A stretch of DNA of 64,000 nucleotides from Bigelowiella natans CCMP2755 (taxonomy: Eukaryota > Protista > Cercozoa): NCBI GenBank assembly GCA_000320545.1, contig ADNK01003512.1, positions 1 to 64,000 of the forward strand. The letters are read 5' to 3'. The notes beneath the pieces are model-generated. The model made no database searches and had not been told where the DNA came from. It saw nothing but the letters and a program-made list of their open reading frames with translations. The position numbers and the translations under genes were made by a program. Each line of letters begins with the position of its first letter. The first letter of the stretch is position 1. This document shows, piece after piece, positions 36,152 to 50,269 of the stretch.

Positions 36152-36777
36152 ATGGCTGCTTACGGCTCCTCTAGCCCTCCCAACGAGCCCACGCGACCTA
36201 TCCTCCTAGGCCCTTCGATGAGGACATCGATGAAATCCTCGACCCGACGACTTCAGGCCTTGAGCCTGATGATCCTCGTGGTTGGGTTCGTTACTTGTAT
36301 TAGAGTAACAAGAGCCCCCCACGCGCTGAGTAGGGGATTGGCAGCGCAGCGACAGAGTGTTAAGGTTATGGCCAGTCAGTTCCAGGACCACCGACCAAAG
36401 AGGTTAAACTTCGCTATTTCGTTTTTGGTGGATTGTATGGGCACCTTGTTTGGAGTGAAAAGCCTGAAGAGGCAACAAGATTCGAAAATAAATCTCTAGT
36501 GCTACGTGTGCTACGTGGTCGCTGCTGCCAGTCCCTATTTACTTTCAGACTCTGTCTTTGCCGTGGGCCATTTTTTGTTTCGCGAATCGAATGCCTTACC
36601 TACAACAAACTCTGTATAAATTTAGCGGATCAAGCTCATCGTTGGGCAAAAACATGAAGAAGAAGAATGGGGGACTACCTGGGATCACGATCTTGCCTGG
36701 CGACTCTCCTCGACTGCAGCAACGCGTCAATGCTGACAGCTACAGTGCTGTGTCTGTACCCTCTGAGGTTGTTGATA

Positions 36778-36827
<50 letters not shown>

Positions 36828-37781
36828 AAAAAAAAGGAAGAGACAACCCTCCCTCCTCAAAAAACTACTCGATATTATGAGTCGCCGACAGCGTGATGAT
36901 TGTAGACTGATAATGTACTCAGCTCGCTGCAATCGGCGCATTCTCATTCCTTTCTTTTCAATTTATTTGCCTCTTTTTTCCTATCCACAATTGAAAACAT
37001 GATGACACACACACACACACACACAAAGCATGTTAAAGCAGCATCTGCATTCTAAATGGAGATAGATTCATAATCTGTTGTTGTTATTGCTGTTGTTGCA
37101 TGCAGTCGGCTAAAGCACCATGCAGTATCAAAGTTGTTGGTGTTGGGGGCGGCGGAGGCAACACTGTCAACCGTAAGACAATTTCTAAGCATAAAAAAAT
37201 AGTATCGAATGTGCGTAATTCCGGCCATCTTGGCCCGATTGATGGTAATTATCTCACGTGAATTTCTTATTGTTCGCCATCATTATTGTTATTAGGCATG
37301 ATCGAGTCCATTGACGAGGAAGATGCTAGCGTCGAGTTCTGGGCAGTCAATACAGACGTGCAGGTAGTAATTATTTACAGGAACACACGCCAATGATATA
37401 AAAACGCCAATGTGAGTCTTTATGATATGAATTTGAATATAGCACACACACGCACATTCGCACGTACGCACACACATGCTACTCCTCCTCCTCCTCCTCC
37501 TCCTCCTCCTCCTCCTTCCTTCAAAGTTTGTATTCTAATGAATCGTTTTGTTAAAGGCCTTATGCAAATCGAAAGCTCCTAATAGGATTCAAATAGGGCC
37601 CAGTAAGCAACACCAGCACACTTTTATATTGTAAATTAACGCCTGAGAAAGGGGGGCGGACATGTTTTGGCTAAGACAATACACATATATTTATTCTATG
37701 TATGAATAACGACGTACTACTCTATTCACCAGGCACTACAAAAGGACTAGGAGCAGGAGCGAAACCTACAATTGGTATTAC

Positions 37782-37813
<32 letters not shown>

Positions 37814-38275
37814 ATAGTAATTGTGTTAGTAGTGGTAGTAGTGTAATGGTAGTAGTTACGTGTAATACACGCAAACACACACACACACACACAATCATCA
37901 TCCTCTATTTATAAATATTGACAGTTCCTCCTCCTATTTATCACAACGGATAATCCCTCCCTCCCTCTTCAGGTCGAGCTGCTGCTGTGGAAAGCGTCAA
38001 GGCTATTGAATCAGCTCTCAGCAAGACAGATATGGTGGTGTACATAACAGTGAGAATGATGACACCACGTCAATGTCCCTCGAATGGAGCAGAGCGTAGT
38101 AGCCATCATCATATGCCGGACCCTCGTCATCATCATCATGATCGTGTGACGTTCATCGTAATCTATCTCAGGTTTTCGTAACTGCTGGTATGGGTGGGGG
38201 CACTGGCTCTGGAGCAACTCCCGTTATCGCCGAGGTAGGTCCATAATAACAGCAGTCATCAAGGAGATTGCTCTG

Positions 38276-38310
<35 letters not shown>

Positions 38311-39589
38311 TTGTTGTTGTCGTCATCATCCCATTACCCACAATCCACATTCATAAAACACATCCTTCCTTGCAAACTAGCGATACTGCTTCAATAATGA
38401 AAAGAATAATATGATATTAATATCTATTATTAATAGATAATAATTATTAATAACAATGATCAGGTGGCGAGGAGAGCCGGAAGTTTAACGGTAGGGATTG
38501 TCACCAAACCATTTGGTTTTGAAGGACAGGTACTACGATTTTACATTTTGATGCTGCTACTATGACAACAACAACAACAACAACAACTGCTACTACTACT
38601 ACTACTACTACTACTACTGTTGCTGCTGCTGCTGCAACTACCACCACTACTAAAGATGCTGGTATCATTACTACTAAGCTCGCACACCACCACCACCACC
38701 ACAACCTTAAAGGATTTTTATTACCGTTGCTGCCTTGTTATTCAACGAGATGGCTGCTGCTGATGCTCTATGTGCCTTTGTGTAATACTACTAGATTCGA
38801 ATGAACCAAGCTGTTGGGGCGATAGAAGAGCTGAGGTACGACTAAAAGTAGAATTACAATCAAGGGAGGGAGGGGGGGGAGGGGGTTCTGTAGTGAGAAC
38901 AAGAGGAGTGGGGGAAAAGAACAACTAGTTTCAGATTATTTTAGTATAAAAGCGTTGCAGGAATTTGAACTAATGTATATTCCTCCTCCATTAACTCACA
39001 TATTCCTCATCCAAAAGGAAACAAGTTGATATTCTCATCGTCGTTTCGAACGACCGTCTCTTGGAGGTAATAAATATTTCTAAATTTTTTAAAAAGAAAT
39101 GAATTTTTTTAAATTTATTTATATATATATTTATTTATAGGGCGAGAAAAAAAAAAAAAAAAAAGGGGGTGGGGGGGGGGAGGGAGATAGAAAATATACT
39201 GATTGAGTGAGTATTTAAGTGATGTTGCAATATTGCGTAATACATCGGGACTGTTGGTAATGAATTGTTTGTGAATCACGAAGGTATCGCCCTCTGATCT
39301 ACCACTGCAAGAGGCCTTCATCCTTGCTGATAACATCCTGAGGTAGTAGTAGTAAAAGTAGTTGTAGCTCATCCAGGGATAGGGGGAGGGGGAGGCCGGA
39401 ATATTGAGAGGATAGGAGCATAAGAGAAGAATCAATGAAAGATCGAGTCAGAATCGAGTGATAACCGCCAATATCATCGGCATTATCATCGGCATCATTC
39501 ATCATTGTCATCATCTATCAGGCAAGGTATAGTTGGTATCTCGGAGATCATCACGAAACCGGTGAATTTATACCCAACACGACACATAC

Positions 39590-39657
<68 letters not shown>

Positions 39658-40129
39658 ATAATGCTGAACTTGGTGGCATCAGAGAGCAAAAAAATAAACC
39701 GATCAACACACACAGCAAAACACAACACACACCGTTCATACGACTTCTGATGATCCAACATCATGTGTTGCCACAAACGACGACAGGGACTCATCAACGT
39801 GGACTTTGCGGACGTTCGCAGTGTGATGCAAAATGCTGGTCTTGCTCTCATGGGAATTGGCCGGTAATGATAATAATGATGCTTATTATTTCTTTTTTAT
39901 TTGAACACTGTCTATCAGCCTCCTGGAAGAAAGAGTAGCATCATCAAAAATCCTCTTTTATATATACCTTCTCCTGCTCCTCCGCCTCATTGTTGTGATT
40001 TTTGTGTGTGTGGCATATGACAAATACAGCGGTTCGGGCAAGAATCGTGCTCAGGACGCAGCTCTAGCAGCTGTTACATCGCCGCTTCTAGATTTCCCTA
40101 TACAACAGGCAATATCAAAGAGAAGACAC

Positions 40130-40163
<34 letters not shown>

Positions 40164-41817
40164 TCATCTTCGTCTTTACTTTACCACCGTATCCTTATGA
40201 GATTGATTCCTCTCCAAACAGGCTAAGGGTGTAGTGTACACGGTGACTGGTAACAAGGACATGTCCTTGACGGAAGTAGCGCAAGTTTCTAACGTGATTC
40301 AGAAGATGGTTGGCCAAGACGCCAATGTCATTTTCGGAGCACTTATCGATGAGAACATGGTAAGAATAGATGCGGAAGATCTCTACCATACGACTACTTG
40401 TTGCACAACTTATTGACTACTATGATAATGGAAGAAGGGACAAGTTTGTCGTCAGCAGCGCTCTTGCAGCAGATAGATAATATATATTAGGGATCTTTGT
40501 TTCTCACTGTCGTCGTCATCATCATCATTCCTTATCCTGCTGCTGCCTAATGATGAACCCAACCACCAGGGCGATGAGATGTCTGTGATAGTCGTGGCCA
40601 CAAACTTTGAAGACCCTGAGGTAGTAATGATAATGACAATAATGGCAAGAAAGCCATCATGTAGAGTAGCATGTGGTAAATGCATAATCAAACACTTATG
40701 CTCGCTCTTGTGTGGTGCTAATTACACCTAAAACACACTATTTGACAATAAACATGACTTCTATTATCTAACTGCTTTCTTTACATTCTCAGACGGCGGG
40801 TGCTCTTTCTCAAGCAGCTCCTGGCGCGAGTAAGGGGGGGGGGGGAGGGGGGAGATGATAACGATGAGGAGGATGATACGACACAACGATAACAACAACA
40901 ATGATGACGACACATAAAAAGAAGCATCTTCATTCGTTGTTATCCGTACGCATAGTAGCACAAAACAGATTGTAGCAGTAGTTAACGGTACATAGCCAAC
41001 TACCATCCCTCCAAGTAGATTCCATTGTGATAGGAATTGCGATTGATCATCTTGTTGTTGTTGCGCCATCATCATGTGCTAATTCTCTCCTGTCGGCCAC
41101 CATCATTGCATTGATGAATGTAGGTCGCTCTACTGCTGAGTCGATATTAAAGAACAACTTCGGACCAGGAAACTACGGTGAGAAGAAGAAGAAGAAGAAG
41201 AAGAAGAAGAAGAAGAACCATTATAAAAGATGCAGCTTCTCCCTATCTCACCATCTCGCTATTGCAGCAAGATGCAGAAGATATCGATGATGATGATGAT
41301 GATGAAGATGATGATGTGTACTTCTTAATTATATATTCGAGGCGATTATATGATGAGATTAGTATGGTTTTTCCGCACACCAGGCATAGGGAACATGCCA
41401 CCACAGGAAACCTCATACAACCAAGCTAATGCTGCATCAGCACCATCGTACAATAGCCCCCCCCCTTCCTCCATGGCTGCTCCTGAGACCGCAATACCGG
41501 AAATGCCAAAGCGAATCGCCAAAGAACCACCAAAAACTCTCAGGGGTAAATTCAAAAGAATTACTGAATATTAGTAACAATACTCGCAAATTAGCAGCAG
41601 CAGCACTGAAGGTGATGAAATCACTGTATATGGTAATCATACATGCTACGATGAGAGGATGGCAGATCAAAAGAGAAAAACTGATGATCAAATTTTACTC
41701 GAGAATAGCAAATATCATCTCTAAATTCTATTATACCAAACAACCCCTCTAGGCAAAGCAAAGAGGCTGGCCGGCAACATCCTTCGCCGCGCATTGGGAA
41801 AACGAAGGAATGATTAG
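36152..41817 (+). CDS. ftsZ: Plastid division protein FtsZ precursor, about 20 exons
   Basis: [54 protein letters not shown] (tubulin/FtsZ signature), [48 protein letters not shown] and [10 protein letters not shown]. Hydrophobic signal plus transit-like leader. Stop TAG at 41815-41817. Confidence 0.95.
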
Positions 41818-42641
41818 GCTTTGACTACTGCTGTCGTCTAGCTTGCTTGTTCTACTCGGCGCGTAGCTATGGAGTCACGCATTCACATTAGCTTCGGGTA
41901 GCTTTTCGAGTCGTGGGATGGTAACGATGACGCATACCGAGAAATAATAACATACAAACAATTTACATTAGCAAATAAGGAGAAGCAAGTTGCATGAGCG
42001 TATGATGATTAAATGTAATACCGTGTTACATGCAGATGTAATGCATTATGTTTCCTGCTGTGATCGAATCCTCAATTTGCACATCACATGTATGCTCGTA
42101 CCCTATCCAGCGAACTCATAGCACTAGAGCACTGACACGCCGCAATCTTAAACTACTAGACATGATATAATGAATTTCGATCGCACATCTCTATAATGAC
42201 ACTAGCCATCCGGCGGATGGTGCACGGAGTATGAGCAAAGGCGACTGCGCGGACGCAACAGCCGCGTCTATTACTAAGTATTTTAAGATATGTCTAGACG
42301 TTGCCTGTGAGCACATGTGCAAGCGTCGGACGATTGGAAGGTCGAATAGCGTGTTTACATGCACCCGCTTATTGCATAGCTACATGTACATATAATAATG
42401 AGCATTGAACAAATTTAATGGATCAATTACATCCATCTTACATGCTATGCATCCTTGTTATTGCTGTTATGCATGTCGATCACAACATTGCTGCACTACT
42501 GCACTACCCGTAGCTTGTGCACGCGTATATGTTTCTGATGTACGTTATTGTCGTGAGTACGTACATGCAGCAATCTTCATAATCTATTTTACTGCCGACA
42601 GATGCATAAATGCTGATTTAGCTCTTCGTAGATTCCCTTTC

Positions 42642-44103
42642 CTACTTTGCTACGCTGTGATATTGTTCGATGAAGTCAATGACTCGAGGATAGACGACAG
42701 TAGCTGCTCTTGGTTCCCACATGTAGTCGGTGTGATTCCATCCTGCAGAGTAATAACGTACAACCGAACCCCAAGAGGTGCTATACTCAAATAAGAACAT
42801 AATTTATCGTCTATGCAATGTTTTATCTGTTTTGAAATAGAATAGAGTTACTTACGATTGCAACTCCAGCACTAACAGCAGCAAGAAATGCAGCAAGCCA
42901 TAAATTCATACCTTTGAGGTTGACAATTTCATTAATTGCGGTCCCCAGCTGCTTACATAGCCACTCGATGTCCTTCGAATAGAGGGGGGGGGGGGGGGAG
43001 ATAGTAGAGACGACCATCGAAAGAGGCTAAGAATAAGTAAGACTAATAGGAAGAAAGAGCTGGTTCCTAGACAAAAATCTCAGTACTACTATATGTACTA
43101 GCAGCAACCTTAGAAGTGACAAGAGCATCGTTTGTGCCACGAATAAGAAGCTTTGGGAGCGAGCGAGGGATTGCACTTACGTCATAAATGGGAGGCACCT
43201 TTTTGACATTCATAACATGAAATATTGTTCCAATGATCTATGGCGATGCAATGATGATGATGATGATGATGATAATGATACTGACGACGATGGTGTGAAA
43301 CATGGAAATTCAAATGAAAGGCATTTAGTATACCTCTGGCTATCTTGTTTGATATAGAATAAAGTGTCTGTACATGCGTGTGTGATGTTGTGTTATTTGT
43401 GTTGCATGTTGTGTGTTGGTACACAACCTTCGAGCCATATCGTTTCAGGTTGACAGCACATCCTAGTAGTTGGCAATTACATGCAGTAACTTAGCGGATT
43501 GCGTCAGGTGTTATACGTCTACTACCCCTTCTTATCACGATGTGTCTAAAACTGGTGCTGCTGTGTGTAAGCTCACAGTGATGACCATAATCAAATCTCC
43601 GGAAATCTCCATGCCGCACAGCTTGACACCAGTGAGCTATATTCAGAACCGAGCTGCCACCTATAATTGTAAAAAGTGTATGACGATTATAATGATGATG
43701 ATGATGATGATGATGATGATGGTAATGATGATAGCACACGATGTAGATAGGCAAACAGAGAAGATGCATAAGTTAAGGTATCAACAACCTGGTTCATGCG
43801 CTCCCCAACTCATCGTATCTCCACGTTTCATTGGACTCTAGAATAGAAATTCGTAATAATAATTCCAAGAAACGCACAAAAAACACGGAATCCTCGTTGA
43901 TACATCGAAAAATGTTTCTTTCAAGTTGATCAATCTTGTCTCAAAGCATGTGCTAAATGGTTTTTCAGGCTTTATGATGTACAAGCCATGCTGCTGCTAA
44001 ACATACCCTTGGTGGACCACACAACAGAGTAAGTATAAGCTGCACCTAAGGGAAGAACTATATTGGTCATTACGTGAATATGATTCATATAGTTTTTCAA
44101 AAC

Positions 44104-44148
<45 letters not shown>

Positions 44149-44661
44149 GAGGGGTGGGAGGTGGGGAAGAACTAGAAAAAAAAAAGAAGTTATAAGCAGA
44201 TGATGACTATGAGTAATTACATAATTGTACCACAGAAGGACAGACGTACGATATTATTCCAAAGATTTGTTGCTCCAACATGCCTCCTGTAATATACCAC
44301 GAAAAGCTTTGATCATCCCGAGATATATGGGTGGCAACTGATATGCAACATCCACCACCTCGAAGCATAAATCCCCTTCTTAGACCAAGGGCCCAGCAAA
44401 GGCGGTCACCATAAAATTGTCCTACAGGAGACAACGTTTGTGATGATGATGATGCTGCTGCCGATGATGATTATAATGAAAATATAGTGATACTAAGTAG
44501 GGTGTGCGGCAGGGGATGTGTGCCTAGTGCCATCGCATCATATCATACAGTCATGTATACTACTACCCAATAGCTTCAAGACATAGCTATCCAAATTTCC
44601 GACACGTGCTGATCAATATTTTATATTATTACAAATATATGCATATAAATGCTTGTGTGTG

Positions 44662-44702
<41 letters not shown>

Positions 44703-46335
44703 ATTGCAAGAGGGTGGTAGAACCTACAGGTCCCAATGCGGTAAAACAAGATAGCTTCGATGCAAGCTCTGGACATGTCGCGAGCATGGCGAACATCTAT
44801 AAAATCATTTGTCATGCAACTGAAGCAACTCATCGATAAAACACTTCTGCTACTTGTCCTTGGATGCATTAGCTCATCATAGCTATCAATGTTGCATATA
44901 TGAAAGTTGGTAGATTATCATCTCTAAATAATAGATATATTGTTGCAAGTACTCAGAGTTCTCCATCAGTGCTACTACCTGTGTGGTGCCTTCAGAATGG
45001 CCGACATAAGCAATCTTTACCTTGGAACAAGACCCGCGTCGAGGGTGGATTACGTGAGTATCGATAAGCAGACGACGCTCGTCGCGCACTTGGTCGCGCT
45101 GTACTTGTTGCTGGATGTAGCTTAGGGTGTCGGGGAGATCAAACTTCGCCAATTCATCAAATGTAAAAGCCCAAAACTCAGGATCTGTGGATGGTTATCA
45201 TGTCAATTATCATCATCAACCGACCAAAGTATCATGCAACAGTGTTCTTTGAGGAAAGTTGATGTGGAAAGGTCTCGTGGTGTGAGGAGGACTTGATCGG
45301 CGAAGGTAGTCGTGGTTCTGTGAGTAGCAGTTTCCTCGATTGTTGCCGAGCCACACATCATAACCCTAAAAAGGTGAGAAGGACCAGGAAAAATAGGAAG
45401 GTTATAAAATGTTAATGCATAGTCTTGTGTTATCTGCCTGACCTTATCACAAAGCATATACGCGAGAGACCTACTCGAGCCCTGGTTTATACGATAGTCA
45501 GAGGCTTTTATGGATACGATGTAATACATATTGAGGAATATCTTAACGTAATTTATCCACCTGCGTAATCCACGTAAATGCGTCGTCGAGGAGACCATGC
45601 CATAGTAGGACGGGGCCCTTACCCACTCCAACCCCCTCCCTTTGAAATCTAGACTTAGCATCATCGTAACAGGACGTAGTGGAGGAAATCGAGGACTCTA
45701 GGGAGTTACTCTGGTTACTAGCGTTGGTTGGGTTTATCATCATATTGCTCATAGCAGAAGGAGAGCGCACTCGAAATAGGACAAGATGGTATCCATCACG
45801 AGTGATGACTGTATGCGTCTCCACATGGTAGCCGTCATCTTCAATTATCTAGTTGTTGGGAGAGGAAAGGAATTAGCTAAGAAAGCAATGATTCTTCTTC
45901 TATTACCTTGCAAATTGGGCGAACAGACTGCGCCCCAGGGTTTCCCCAGAATGCCAAATAAGTGAATCTTTATATTGAAAATCACACCATCCAAGGCAAT
46001 GAAGAAAACAGATAAATTGCTTTTCTCCAGCTAGTAAATGTGTTGTTGGAACACCTAAGCAGGACGATGAGGTCGAAAATGATGGTAAGCCACAACTTGA
46101 AGAGGCCGACTGGAATGTACCAGGGGCGTTTGATGAACGAAAATGTTGAAGCAAGGAGAGAGGGGGAGGATACATCTAAACCGAAGAAGAGGTAAGAGAG
46201 ACAATAAACGAATATTTCGTTCGACAAACCTTCCGGTAGCACGTCATTTGCAGAAATCTTAACGATTTCGTCAGATTTTTCCTCCCGCTTAGACCCCCGC
46301 TTTAATTCTGGTGCTGAAGCTTCATTCATCTTCAT
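42642..46335 (-). CDS. Acid lipase / sterol-ester hydrolase (alpha/beta hydrolase, LIPA/gastric lipase/Tgl1-like), multi-exon
   Basis: ETHTVITRDGYHLVLFRV, PVLLWHGLLDDAFTW, LAYMLCDK|GYDVWLGNNRGN, FWAFTFDELAKFDLP, YVGHSEGTT (nucleophile elbow) and WNHTDYMW (catalytic His). N-terminal hydrophobic segment. Confidence 0.92.
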
Positions 46336-46365
46336 TGTAAAACACTATGCCCTTCCGACTTCTGG

Positions 46366-46403
<38 letters not shown>

Positions 46404-47524
46404 GGCCGCTTCGTCTCTTTCCAACCAAAGCATCCGGTACTCCAACAACCCGTAAAGCAGCGTAACTAAATTCAGGCCTATTCTATTCTGCGACATGGAC
46501 TTTTCATCAGCTTTCCTTGCATCAGCGTCCTTTTTCTGATCGATGACACCTTTCTATGGTGACGACACCAAAAAAGTTGACACGAGCAACAATGTACGCA
46601 ACAAGGGGTACTCTTTATGGTGGTATACTACATGTACTGAGAAAGAAAAAGAAGAAGAAGAAATGCGAAATGCCAAAAAGTCCTCTTCTCATTGATCAAA
46701 CTTCCTACAAGCCTGTAGCGAAAAGAGTCAAAACAAGGAGAACGATTTGTTTATTAATAGTTCTAGGAGCATTTGCAGCGAACTTTAGGGTTATACAGGT
46801 ATAGGTTAGGGTTGGTAGGGCTGGTAAGTTGCGAAAAGCTGCAACCGGAATGGTGAACCCCGAGCCACATTTTGCTCTTTCAGACAACTTCTCTAAATTC
46901 AAACAGAAATGGAGGAGAACTCATAATCGCGACTTCGAATTCCGAAGTGCATCACCTTCATCTAGGGAGATCTCTAGGGCGTTTTCTCGACACAATCAAT
47001 TCTTTTAGAAGTCGCAAAAGCCACAACTCGGGCATTTCTATGAGTCGCTGATGATGGTCACATGAGCGACGCTACCGCCGTACTAGATTTATGTCAGACG
47101 TCTCAATCTTGTCAAAGAGCTGCGAGCATGTTGCTGCATTCATCCATCATTTTGTGTTGAAGAGGATGTCGCACTTATGGATGAGGAGGAAGTTGGATGA
47201 CAATCGTTGGAAATAGCGACAAACTTGCATCTGAAAGCTCTGACTGAGAAGATGCGGATCAAGTTGACATGAGTGACCCGTGCGGCCTAAAAGAATTCAT
47301 GCTACCGAATTTCTGCAAAATCATTGGACGAAAAGGAAGAAATGCGCAGCAAACAGGATGGCAGCACAAATACGAAGTAGAGCTTGCATACCAAATGAAC
47401 TGCGCGTGGAGGCGTTGCGTAGCCGATGCTGCCGATTCTCTTGTATGGAATGGCCGCCAATTTAGCACTACTTACCAGGTTTAGCTTGTCGCGTGCTGCG
47501 ATCTGATTCCAGGTCTGGAACAAC

Positions 47525-47566
47525 CTGCCGGGGGTGCTGCTCTGCTGCCGGGGGTGCTGCTCTGCT
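47525..47566. repeat. Exact 20-bp tandem duplication upstream of homeobox paralog 2
   Basis: CTGCCGGGGGTGCTGCTCTG x2. Confidence 0.9.
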
Positions 47567-47845
47567 CATCATTCAGAGCTACCTAAGACCACAAGATAAA
47601 TAGTCTCCTCAAGGGCCGTGGCGGTGTGGGACAGCACATTACTTGTAAGCACAAACCTGACTTACGCATTTGATTTTTCTCTTAGCTTGTGAATGAAGCA
47701 CAGGCTGCAGCAGCAAATAAATATCCAGCATTCAATGAATTGCTATTAGTCAAAAAGCTGGTCGCTCCTACTGCTCAGGTGTATACACAGGATAATAGCG
47801 TGGGTGGTCAGAATCCGAGACACTTTGCGGACTATTTGGACAATC

Positions 47846-49619
47846 ATGACCCTGCCTGATCGTTGCCGCTCCGGGAGTACTAATACGAAGGTGGGACGGA
47901 GCAACTCGCAATCCCTCTCTCTACCAGCCATTAACGACACAAAGGAGTGCATCGAGCTGCAGCTCTTCCCCGAATTCCGTAGTTTCTTCCCGCATGTGCG
48001 CAGGAATCCACAACGTGCCGCCCGTTGCAACAACAAAACTCTCTTGCGAGATTGTTTTGTAAGCGAAGATGATGAGGAAGATGGCGATAACGATACCAAT
48101 ACCGCCGATGAGGGATCCCCCACAAGCAGTAGTACCGATGATGATAAATTGATAATGGAGCTGGAAGATGATCCCTGCATCGCAGCGGAGGCTTTTATCG
48201 GCTCGTTACTCGATGCTTTTGAAGAATCCTCTATGCTAGCAGATTCTAGTGGTATCACTGATACTGATAACGACAGGGAAGCGCACACAACAGAACTCCG
48301 TAGCCCAGGTTTTCCGAAGATTAGTATATGGAGAAATAATGCCTGCTTTTCCTTACATAAACTCACATTCTATTTTTTGTGTCCCTTTTCATAAATCCCA
48401 CCCTGCTAATGCAGAGGACAATGGTTCTGTAGCAAGCAGAACATCCTCGACGAGCGATAAGTCCTGGCATGAAACGGAGAAGATCGCCACTGCCTCCACC
48501 GTAAAGAAGAAAAGGAAGAAAAACCGTGCTACAGTTGCTCCAGAAAATCCGATCAATCCCACATTCCCAGAGGTTCCTGATTTGCAGAATATGCCCCACC
48601 CCCCTCCAAATACTCCCCGCGCATGTACCTCTAAGATCCCGAAATATCTACAACATCGTCGCCGAAAGCTACCTCGCAAGGCCCGAGAAATCCTGTCGGC
48701 ATGGTTTGAAAGCAACATTGCAGACCCATACCCTTCCGATGATGAGAGGTATTGACTAAAACATATCAGCATGAGTTTTAGAAGACATGAACATGATTGA
48801 GCGACTTGTTATTTTATGGCGATGCAGAGAAGAATTAATGCGCACGACTGGGTTAACCTCCAAGCAAATTCATCATTGGTTCACAAATCGTCGAAAGCGC
48901 GACGTCAAATGGAGAGCAAAGTAAAAACAACGCTTGTGCACGTTGTCACATACGACGATTCTCGATGTCAATGCTGTTGTTGCAGTATGATATTGCTGAC
49001 AACGATAATCATAAAATGATGAAGATGATAGAGATTATGGCACCCAAAATGAGGAGTGAAATCATGATTATGATGATGATGATGATGATGATGATGTTAA
49101 TTAAGATGGGAAATATCCAATGTCACGATACCGTCTAATTATTTTAATGCTTGCATAAAAAGGTATTTGTTCCGAGGTCGAGGCCGCCGTCCAAAGAACG
49201 CTGGCAAACTTGCAAGAGCAATGGCAGCAGCTATGGCTGCACAGGAAAATGTTAAGCACAATGATCATCAAGTGCGACAACAGCAGACAAGCTTCGCTAA
49301 CATATCCAAAGGTGATTAGAATAGGTGCAATTGTAGGGGATATACTTTTACTACAGCATTATAGCCAAGAGACTAAGCAGAAGAATGACTGAACCCCATC
49401 GATATTTTCATTATCTTAGGTTTTGGTAGTTGCAACACAAGCCGTCGTCGTTCCGCGGCCGCTGTGGCCCTCCAAAACACAGCATTCAAAGAGGAGCAAG
49501 GGGGGAGAGGACAAGATTTTGCAGCAGCTGCTCGCCTGTTGAAACGACGCCGATCATGCGATAACGCAGTTGTGCTCTCTCTCTCCAATTTTTTTCCAAA
49601 GCCGGAGAAGAGTTTTTAA
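47846..49619 (+). CDS. TALE-class homeodomain transcription factor (paralog 2), 5 exons
   Basis: RRRKLPRKAREILSAWFESNIADPYPSDDER|EELMRTTGLTSKQIHHWFTNRRKRDVKWRAK|YLFRGRGRRPKNAGK. Splicing is in frame through to TAA at 49617-49619. Confidence 0.9.
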
Positions 49620-50269
49620 GAAAAAATGATAGTCAGAGTAGGAGGAGGGAAGAGTGGAAGAATGTGTACTATTTTTCATAAAGTTTTGACAGTAAATGGT
49701 ATAGTACACAAATGAAAAATGTAGTCAACCGAGGAAGAGCATACCTACGGTTGCAATACATCCTACCTTATAGTTGAAACTTATTCGTAAGATACTACCA
49801 GACGTTTGAATAACAGAACTTGATGGGAAGATAAAATTTCGTGATGAAGTGAAAAATAGTCGACTTTCCATTTCCATCACGAACCCATAGTACTGTTATT
49901 GTATACTCGCACTAAAATACAGTAACCATTAGTGCTTGTTTATCAGAAATTATGAAATGGCACATTGCAAAGGTCATGCAAGCCAAATTAAAACAGTCAT
50001 TTGAAGCCTTTAATTTCTCATCTTCTGTGTTTATTCCCTTTCATCTCGTAGCAATTGCTCATTTATAGCTTTGAAAGGTGGATGCCTATGCTAGCAATTT
50101 ATCGTTGAGTATGGCTAAGCAAGTCAGAGATCAAGTTAACATCAAATTAATTCACTGCTGCAAGAGACGGACATCATTGAAATTCACATTTGCGCGCTCT
50201 TATGGACATTCGGCTTTAAAGCGCGCTGGCTACTTCAAAGCACCATACACGCAAAGCTACGCTGTGCCA

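Noticed and set aside
47040-47250. Possible C/D-box snoRNA (TGATGA ... CTGA)
   Set aside because: The boxes are too far apart, and no terminal stem or recognisable rRNA guide is visible. TGATGA is very common in this genome.
27585-49619. Calling the region a mating-type locus because of the two homeobox genes
   Set aside because: The two genes are same-class paralogs separated by unrelated housekeeping genes, and one haplotype gives no evidence of idiomorphs.
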